Shown: one piece after another, positions 27,301-32,000 of the stretch
Numbering within the stretch: the stretch's first letter is position 1
How the letters are laid out: each line of letters starts with the position of its first letter
Assembly (NCBI GenBank): GCA_030680295.1
Contig: JAUXVU010000018.1
Coordinates: 677,547 to 709,546 of the forward strand
DNA: 32,000 nucleotides
DNA from: Moraxellaceae bacterium
Lineage (GTDB): Bacteria; Pseudomonadota; Gammaproteobacteria; Pseudomonadales; Moraxellaceae
Direction: 5' to 3'
Program-made: the position numbers and the translations under genes
Notes under the pieces: generated by a model
What the model was told of the DNA's origin: nothing
Database searches by the model: none
The model's input: the letters and a program-made list of their open reading frames with translations, nothing else

Positions 27301-27672
27301 ATCATGAAACAAACCAGCCAAACCAGACAATAAAGCAATAACCTCGTTGTTGTGCCAACTGTTTTCATCATTACTACGCAGAATGTTTCGCAACGTCATA
27401 TTGGTTGGTGTGGCACCATCAATGTTGAATTTACGCTGATTACCCACTACCCATAACAACTCGGTATGATTTTTACTGCGGATCCAATGACAGGCCACAG
27501 CAGTATTGCGCCGTGCCGACTTTTTCAACAGTTTGCGTAATACATCAAGCCCTTGCAATGTTATTGGCGTTTGCCAGGTTCGGTCTCCTCGACGCTCAGC
27601 AAACTGGTCTATGATCCGTCTTGTTTCAATAAGGGCATTTTTCGAGCACTGCGATACCAGCATAATGTTCAT
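24343..27672 (-). CDS. cas3: Cas2-Cas3 fusion (Cas2/3f) nuclease-helicase
   Basis: 1109 aa. The N-terminal Cas2 domain MNIMLVSQCSKNALIETRRIIDQFAERRGDRTWQTPIT...SARRNTAVACHWIR is nearly colinear with P. aeruginosa Cas2/3. HD motif LFHDFGK, helicase Walker A ASTGKGKT and DExD-type VLDEPDD are present. Confidence 0.95.
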   Translation of the reverse strand: MNIMLVSQCSKNALIETRRIIDQFAERRGDRTWQTPITLQGLDVLRKLLKKSARRNTAVACHWIRSKNHTELLWVVGNQRKFNIDGATPTNMTLRNILRSNDENSWHNNEVIALLSGLAGLFHDFGKANQLFQEKIDPKVKTPGYEPYRHEWVSLRLFQAFAAGKTDKEWLTDLTNTTENIEHSVLAQLHKDAPEQTNLAPFDGLTPVSRLVAWLIVSHHRLPVFSPKSSNVSPSLISITGWLSDDFNVLWNSVNSLDPADQHRRNQNWFFVNGTPFLSSSWRKKASEIATRALNCHRLFEHDWFEQRFTSHIARLALMLADHYYSAQKPEAKWQDPSYQSYANSDRKSKALNQKLDEHNVGVSHHSFLLAKSLPTLKNTLPSITRHKGFKQRATLDKFRWQDKAYDLACSVKESSVNQGFFGINMASTGKGKTFANARIMYGLADEKLGCRFSVALGLRTLTLQTGDALKERLHLADDDLAVLIGSAAVQQLHDISKQALQAELAVSSSATGSESLADPIAEHLYVSYQGSLYDGRLKGWLNSSPKLNQLVSAPVLVSTIDHLMPATEGVRGGKQIAPMLRLLTADLVLDEPDDFDTADLPALCRLVNWAGMLGAKVLFSSATLPPVMVCALFEAYRNGREHFNAVNAGGRSQSPVICAWFDEFTAVKAECANKNQLMLQHMSFVEKRVKSLATQPVLRKASLLGVTPTSKNPELIINQLAVMIQQSICQLHNQHHQVAPTAQKVSIGLVRMANINPMVAVAKQLLKMPVPENFHIHYCVYHSQYPLAVRSAIEQKLDAALTRYNPSALWQQAEISRALAQHPQDNHVFVVLATSVAEVGRDHDYDWAIAEPSSMRSLIQLAGRIQRHRQQAVNSDNLLIFSQNFRALKGSTDRFGKLKPAYCQPGFERNDLRLDSHDLRDILPEEAYLAINALPRITQPSLLPSKILSSLVLFEHFSLLQNLLPRPDMPFPNNVVWPSDYAARWWEHDASWSAELQRRTPFRKSSPDEPYCLMLSEEDEAAFMRINDASWPLEYIEAENFVTDIWEPTQGNHAWFALDALSVYQQRAEQMGLTLAEVSKQFGEIRLRVKHDAEKWHYHPTLGVYQEL

Positions 27673-28646
27673 AGTTCGCCACCATGCACTATGGCGATAT
27701 CTTTCAGGCTGTCGATGATGAAATCTAATGCTTCGGCTTGTTGAAAGTTAGTAATACAACTTTGCCGAAACTCCTGATCATCTTGGCCAGACATTGCACT
27801 GATGAAAGCTTGAGGCAACACCAAAGCGTCTTTGATAAGGTCTGCGGCATCAAACACAAGGCCACCGCGGCGAGTTTTACCATGTAACACTGAAAAGCCA
27901 TGAGGCAAACCTAAAACCCAAGTTGCTGTAGCTCCCAAGCCATAGGCTAAATAGTTACCGTGATCTAGAAAGCGATTAGCTGGATCAATACCGCTTCCAC
28001 CTTTGGCGCGCGTAAAGCTGTCGTCATGCGCTAAGGTATTACAGGCAATTTTATACAGTAACTTGGTCAAGCGAGCTTCTGCCAACATAAGTGGCTGGGT
28101 ACCATCTACGCCATCAACATCTTGTTTAAAGCGTAATAATGCTGAATCTAATTGACTTACACTGACCACAAAACCGTTATCAATAAATGACTTATTTTTA
28201 AGCCAGTGCTTCAACGTGAAATCAATCCTAAGCTGCTGAATAGTCTTAGCTGCCTGCAGCCTTTTACTATCCACAGGCCAAAACCTCAACCATTGCTGCA
28301 AATATTCACATGGACGGTACTCACTCTGCGGAGTAAACCAAGCCACCTCAGCTTCAACATCGTTTACGCTGAATAATGGAGTACCACCACCACCGCAGAA
28401 CCCCACTAAAACACCGGCTCGCGCCAACTCCCGCATTGCAGCCTGGGTAACAGACGTACCAGTTCCTAACAACATGCACGTTGTATTGGCGATAGGAATA
28501 TTCCAATAAAGTGATTGCTTACCCTCATCAGTTACGTACTCAACTCGGCCTCCATTAACAAGCACGCGACAGTGCTGCAAGTAATAGACATTAGCTCGCT
28601 TTGAGTGAAGGATACTTTTAAGGTCAGATGGTGAAATATCACTCAT
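27669..28646 (-). CDS. cas1: CRISPR integrase Cas1 (I-F / Ypest subtype)
   Basis: MSDISPSDLKSILHSKRANVYYLQHCRVLVNGGRVEYVTDEG...WNIPIANTT...GTGTSVTQAAMRELARAGVLVGFCGGGGTPLF closely parallels I-F Cas1. Start placed at MSDIS (28646) by that alignment; the track start is 28658. ATGA overlap with the cas2-3 start. Confidence 0.93.
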   Translation of the reverse strand: MSDISPSDLKSILHSKRANVYYLQHCRVLVNGGRVEYVTDEGKQSLYWNIPIANTTCMLLGTGTSVTQAAMRELARAGVLVGFCGGGGTPLFSVNDVEAEVAWFTPQSEYRPCEYLQQWLRFWPVDSKRLQAAKTIQQLRIDFTLKHWLKNKSFIDNGFVVSVSQLDSALLRFKQDVDGVDGTQPLMLAEARLTKLLYKIACNTLAHDDSFTRAKGGSGIDPANRFLDHGNYLAYGLGATATWVLGLPHGFSVLHGKTRRGGLVFDAADLIKDALVLPQAFISAMSGQDDQEFRQSCITNFQQAEALDFIIDSLKDIAIVHGGEL

Positions 28647-28690
28647 AAAACAGTCCATGTTTTTTATGTTGATGCTCTAATTTTCTTATT

Positions 28691-28724
28691 GGTACTGAGT
28701 ACCCTCTACAATAATACTTGTCAA
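28691..28724 (-). promoter_or_regulatory. Possible cas operon promoter/operator region
   Basis: On the minus strand, TTGACA (plus coordinates 28719-28724) is followed by the palindrome GGTAC-TGA-GTACC (28691-28703), about 45 nt upstream of the cas1 ATG. No convincing -10 element at optimal spacing. Confidence 0.25.
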
Positions 28725-28845
28725 TCTATGGACTTAACCTTTGAGTGCCGATACTTTAATTGACTACTCGACCGCCTTGTTTAGGTGGTTATCAAAAAGC
28801 ATTAGTCTGACATTGCCAGACCTTAAGCATTTGCATAGCTACTTA

Positions 28846-29277
28846 TTACATGCCAGCCATCTTCTCCAGGTACAGCCTAACTTTGACTATGCCAACAAGG
28901 CGGTACTCCAGCATGACTTGGAGTGGCGACAGCTTGTTGAATGCGACGTTAGGAAATTTGATCCATTGATAAACGATGTCACGGTCGTGTGGCAAAAGTA
29001 GTCGTAGATTTTTGTGAATTGAAAACAGATGCCCTACCCGATCTAAGGTATCGATGTTGTTTGGGATTGGCGTGCCTCTTCGAAGATTTGCTAATCGTTT
29101 CCGTGAGCCTTCGTTAAAACCCAACAAACTTAGTTGCTCGGCATCTGAAAGCGCCCAATGATCAAATAGCTTCATAACCGCTTTTGAAATCTGTGCACGA
29201 GCAACTGGGTCAGCAAAGTTGGCCGGAGACAAGGCTGTGCTCTTTTCACTAGACAATCTGTTTTCTGTCAGCGCCAT
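28846..29277 (-). CDS. Xre-like HTH + DUF2384 (ParS/MbcA-type antitoxin-like) protein, no cognate RES toxin gene adjacent
   Basis: 143 aa. The middle region LSDAEQLSLLGFNEGSRKRLANLRRG...IDTLDRVGHLFSIHKNLRLL and C-terminal WIKFPNVAFNKLSPLQVMLE..LVGIVKVRLYLE follow the pattern of Xre/ParS/MbcA antitoxins of RES-Xre modules. Recognised from memory only. Confidence 0.55.
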   Translation of the reverse strand: MALTENRLSSEKSTALSPANFADPVARAQISKAVMKLFDHWALSDAEQLSLLGFNEGSRKRLANLRRGTPIPNNIDTLDRVGHLFSIHKNLRLLLPHDRDIVYQWIKFPNVAFNKLSPLQVMLEYRLVGIVKVRLYLEKMAGM

Positions 29278-29400
29278 TACTCATACCGAAGTTTTCATCA
29301 ATGAATCGACATTACCACTCGCCCAATAGAATTAAAAACACATATTGCGTTGGCCGATTGGCATCACTGACAGCCATGAACTGTTGCATCTCAATAGCAT

Positions 29401-29652
29401 CTAAAGTGCCAAATACCACCCTAGTGACAAGTGCTCTTTAACTGACCCGATGTAGTTCATTGGTTCTAAGAGGATATCGAGTGTGTTTATTGGGAGGTCA
29501 TAGAAAACATCCTTGATTTCATAAACCTCCCCTTGTGAATGAAGGCGTATGCATGCGCCCTCCTGCAATACAAAAGGCAGTTCTGTGTCATATGCCATCA
29601 TGACAGGCTGATCGTTATCAGTAAGCATGATGCGAGCAATGGTTTTGATCAT
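29401..29652 (-). CDS. Hypothetical protein (83 aa)
   Basis: AAGGA lies 7 nt upstream of ATG 29652 (MIKTIARIML...); the track ORF extends to 29715. No recognisable domain. Same strand as, and 123 nt upstream of, the antitoxin-like gene. Confidence 0.4.
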   Translation of the reverse strand: MIKTIARIMLTDNDQPVMMAYDTELPFVLQEGACIRLHSQGEVYEIKDVFYDLPINTLDILLEPMNYIGSVKEHLSLGWYLAL

Positions 29653-29813
29653 GTCTTTATCCTTCTTGTTTAAGTTTTTTGATTGTTTTACCAAACTAGG
29701 GATAGGACATCGCAAATGTAATTGCCAATTTTTATGTGTAGTTCTTCGGTTTTTTGTTTTTCATTTGATGACTTAAGTCCTGTTTGCTTGACAAGATCAT
29801 GAGTGCAATTTGA

Positions 29814-29833
29814 TACTGTACATATGAACAGCA
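29814..29833 (+). promoter_or_regulatory. LexA (SOS) box of umuDC, with candidate promoter
   Basis: TACTGTACATATGAACAGCA has the gammaproteobacterial CTGT-N8-ACAG core (CTGT 29816-29819, ACAG 29828-29831). TTGACA at 29788-29793 plus 18 nt gives GATACT (29812-29817), so the box overlaps the -10 region and the ATG at 29824. Confidence 0.8.
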
Positions 29834-30321
29834 TCTATCGCATAAAGCTCCCCATGATCGCTTGCCCAGTACCGTATTTTGATACGTCAGTACCGGCTGG
29901 CTTCCCCTCGCCTGCTGCTGATCATGTACAAAAGTCGTTAGACCTCAATGAGTTCTTAGTCGAAGACCCTGTTGCCACGTTCTTTGTCAAAGTCAGTGGC
30001 GACTCCATGCAGGACACGGGCATTTTGGATGGCACCATCTTGGTGGTTGATAGTGGACGGCAAGCGGTGCATGGCGACATTGTGGTTGCCCTAGTGGATA
30101 GCCAGTACACCGTGAAGCGTTTAATAAAAACCCGGGATGGTTTTGAGCTTCATGCCGAGAACCTAGCCAAAGCCTATCCGGTCATAAAAGCCCGTATGGA
30201 GCTACAAATCTTTGGTGTGGTCGTGGCAGCAATTAATCGATTCTCACAACCAGCGAAGGGACCTCAGAAGGAAGGACGTCGATCAAGCAGTCTTGCGCGT
30301 AAACGTGAGGCCGGAGAGTAA
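29824..30321 (+). CDS. umuD: DNA polymerase V accessory subunit UmuD (LexA-like S24 peptidase)
   Basis: VPAGFPSPAADHVQKSLDLNEFLV...FFVKVSGDSMQDTGILDGTILVVDS...HGDIVVALVDSQYTVKRL matches UmuD, including the Ala-Gly cleavage site, catalytic Ser (GDSM) and Lys (VKRL). ATG 29824 gives 25 residues before GFPSPAAD (24 in E. coli). Alternative starts are 29803 (GTG) and 29854. Confidence 0.85.
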   Translation: MNSIYRIKLPMIACPVPYFDTSVPAGFPSPAADHVQKSLDLNEFLVEDPVATFFVKVSGDSMQDTGILDGTILVVDSGRQAVHGDIVVALVDSQYTVKRLIKTRDGFELHAENLAKAYPVIKARMELQIFGVVVAAINRFSQPAKGPQKEGRRSSSLARKREAGE

Positions 30322-30327
30322 ACGTCC

Positions 30328-31611
30328 ATGGATGAGCACAAACGTCTATATGCTTTGGTAGATGCCAATAATTTCTATGCCACCTGTGAATCGATCTTTG
30401 ATCCTCGATTACAAGGTAAATCATTGGTGGTGCTATCGAATAACGATGGCTGCATTGTGGCGCGCTCGGCAGAAGCAAAAGCTCATGGCATTCCCATGGG
30501 TGCCCCACTTCATGAGTGGCGAGACTTCTGTGATTTTACCGGTACTGAAATTAAGAGCTCGAACTATGCGCTTTACGGCGACATGTCGCGTCGGATGCTA
30601 TCTGTGCTGCAAGACAATTGCGAACGAGTTGAAAGCTACTCCATTGATGAAAGCTTTTTAGACCTCACAGGTCAGTCTGATCCCACCCAGATGGGCTACT
30701 TTTTACGATCAGAAGTCAGGCGTCGTACTAAGATCACCTGTGGTGTGGGCATTGGTCCAACGAAGACACTCGCTAAGTTTGCCAACATGATTGCTAAAAA
30801 GCAGCCTTGGTATGGTGGTGTATTTAACATCGCCGACCAGCCCCATGACTTCATTACCAACTTGTTTGAGGCCTATCCCGTTAATGAAGTCTGGGGGGTA
30901 GGCAATCGACTCAAAAAATCACTGGAAGCGCATGGAATCAAAACAGTTCTGGATCTAGCCACGGCAGATCCAAAGCTGATTCGTACGCACTTTAATGTAG
31001 TGCTTGAAAAGACGGTACGTGAACTCTGGGGCGAGCCATGCTTGAGTTTGGAAGAAGTCGCACCCGATAAACAACAAATCATGGCCTCTCGTTCGTTTGG
31101 TCAGACCACGACGAACCCAAAAGACTTAGCTGCTGCTATCGCTAATCATGTCAGTCGCGCCGCAGAAAAGCTTAGGGCTCAAAACTCACAGTGTCAGTAT
31201 GTCTATGTGATGCTTCGCACCAATCCCTTTCGGGAAAAAGACCCACAATATCGTCGATCAACGATAGTACCTTTGGCTGTTCCGAGCAGTGATACACGGG
31301 TGCTATTAAAAGCCGCCATGGTGGGCTTAAAAGAGATTTTTAAATCAGGCTATCGCTACCATAAAGCGGGCATCATGCTCAGTGGCATTAGTCAGGTTGG
31401 CGTTCAGCAAGCAGATTTATTTACCGAAATTCGTGATGAGAAGTCTGATCGATTAATGTCGACAATTGATCAGATCAACCAACGCTTTGGTCGTGGGACA
31501 CTGCATGTGGCTAGTACAGACTTAACCTCTCAGTGGAAAATGCGCCAAGATCTTCGTTCACCGAGCTACACCACTAACTGGAAAGAGCTACCCGTTGTGA
31601 TAGCGAACTAA
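30328..31611 (+). CDS. umuC: DNA polymerase V catalytic subunit UmuC (Y-family)
   Basis: 427 aa. YALVDANNFYATCESIFDP.L.GK.LVVLSNNDGCIVARS and SIDESFLDLTG are UmuC/Y-family palm motifs. It begins 6 nt after umuD. Confidence 0.92.
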   Translation: MDEHKRLYALVDANNFYATCESIFDPRLQGKSLVVLSNNDGCIVARSAEAKAHGIPMGAPLHEWRDFCDFTGTEIKSSNYALYGDMSRRMLSVLQDNCERVESYSIDESFLDLTGQSDPTQMGYFLRSEVRRRTKITCGVGIGPTKTLAKFANMIAKKQPWYGGVFNIADQPHDFITNLFEAYPVNEVWGVGNRLKKSLEAHGIKTVLDLATADPKLIRTHFNVVLEKTVRELWGEPCLSLEEVAPDKQQIMASRSFGQTTTNPKDLAAAIANHVSRAAEKLRAQNSQCQYVYVMLRTNPFREKDPQYRRSTIVPLAVPSSDTRVLLKAAMVGLKEIFKSGYRYHKAGIMLSGISQVGVQQADLFTEIRDEKSDRLMSTIDQINQRFGRGTLHVASTDLTSQWKMRQDLRSPSYTTNWKELPVVIAN

Positions 31612-31615
31612 AGCG

Positions 31616-32000
31616 ATGGCTACTCAATTACCTCCACTGTATTACCTGACCCACTTTGCTTCGGTCATTGACTGGATAACAGCGCGCTATAACGACTTAT
31701 TACGGCCAGATGATCACCACTTCATCACGCTGTTCAAACAGCTCTCAGCAGACACCCAAGCCCTACTCGTACGCTTCGTGATTAGACGGCAAGAGCCCCT
31801 GCGCTGGAGTTCGTTTACCTATGCGGAAATAACGCATACTGCTCTCGCGCTAAAACAGTTGGTGGCCTTAGACCTTGTTGATAACAACCCAATGCTGACA
31901 GCAGATCAACTCATTCGATTGGCTAAAAAAGAAGAGTTATTAGCCGCACCTTGGGCCCATGCGTTTAGTAAATCGACAGCGAAGTCGGTTATTGCTGATT
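31616..32000 (+). CDS. FAN1-like (VRR-NUC family) nuclease, N-terminal fragment (3' end outside window)
   Basis: Not in the ORF track because it is open-ended. ATG 31616, with no stop through 32000. Translation MATQLPPLYYLTHFASVIDWITARYNDLLRPDDHHFITLFKQLSADTQALLVRFVIRRQEPLRWSSFTYAEI resembles the N-terminus of bacterial FAN1 homologues (YYL.NF...L.WV..RY.DLL......F...F..L....QALLVR...R.G..FR...L.Y.EI), recalled from memory. Confidence 0.55.
   Translation, partial: MATQLPPLYYLTHFASVIDWITARYNDLLRPDDHHFITLFKQLSADTQALLVRFVIRRQEPLRWSSFTYAEITHTALALKQLVALDLVDNNPMLTADQLIRLAKKEELLAAPWAHAFSKSTAKSVIAD

Larger units (their letters stand above)
15221..32000. mobile_element. tRNA-Val-associated integrative genomic island carrying type I-F CRISPR-Cas; left end at the tRNA 3' end, right end unresolved
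   Basis: A tyrosine integrase, an excisionase-like gene and an HTH regulator lie directly downstream of the tRNA. Composition changes: spot counts of 60-nt lines give 31 G+C at 8401-8460 (core), 23 at 21001-21060 (cas) and 23 at 30361-30420 (umuC). No attR copy of the tRNA 3' end was seen by eye. Confidence 0.55.

Noticed and set aside
20367-28658. Possibility of a Tn7-like CRISPR-associated transposon (I-F3 CAST), given the I-F genes next to a tRNA and a recombinase
   Set aside because: The locus has intact cas1 and a full cas2-3 nuclease-helicase, separate csy1 and csy2, and no tnsA/B/C or tniQ. It is a canonical I-F1 system next to a tyrosine integrase.
28741-29001. 86-aa plus-strand ORF (TTG start) upstream of cas1
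   Set aside because: It overlaps the minus-strand 143-aa gene, which has recognisable Xre/DUF2384-like features. It has no RBS and a weak start codon.
28659-29400. A second CRISPR array upstream of cas1, as many I-F loci have
   Set aside because: No copy or degenerate copy of the 28-nt repeat is visible there. A loose resemblance at about 29360-29385 (catcactgacagcc) does not align convincingly.
28659-32000. attR: a direct repeat of the tRNA-Val 3' end marking the right island boundary
   Set aside because: I saw no copy of gcttgtgcctacca or a longer 3' tRNA segment by eye. The boundary may lie outside the window, so no attR is claimed.

Overview
Gammaproteobacterial chromosome segment in two parts. 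All calls are from reading the translations and sequence by eye; no database search was run. Nt 1-15220 is conserved housekeeping DNA: folD (3' part), glnS-cysS, ppiB, lpxH, miaE-rlmA, an lpxL-family acyltransferase, tesA, ybbA-ybbP, and a translationally coupled ovoA / C-S lyase / VOC-protein operon (ovothiol biosynthesis). It ends at a tRNA-Val(GAC) gene with its own promoter and terminator. Directly after the tRNA 3' end the DNA becomes more AT-rich and looks like an integrated genomic island. The island carries repeated TGGTGACCA motifs, a Cro/C1-type HTH gene divergent from an excisionase-like gene, and a tyrosine integrase. It continues with an uncharacterised two-gene cassette (100-aa protein plus an OB-fold/HD YhaM-like protein), then a complete type I-F1 CRISPR-Cas locus on the minus strand (cas1, cas2-3, csy1, csy2, csy3, cas6f, leader, 28 repeats / 27 spacers). 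Next come an apparently orphan Xre/ParS(MbcA)-like antitoxin-type gene directly upstream of cas1, a small unknown ORF, a LexA-box-controlled umuDC operon and the 5' part of a FAN1-like gene. The best candidates for something undescribed are the integrase-linked orf100 + OB/HD cassette that abuts the trailer end of the array, and the partner-less antitoxin-like gene (with the 83-aa ORF) upstream of cas1. A secondary candidate is the VOC-family gene coupled to the ovothiol genes. The right end of the island was not found in the window.
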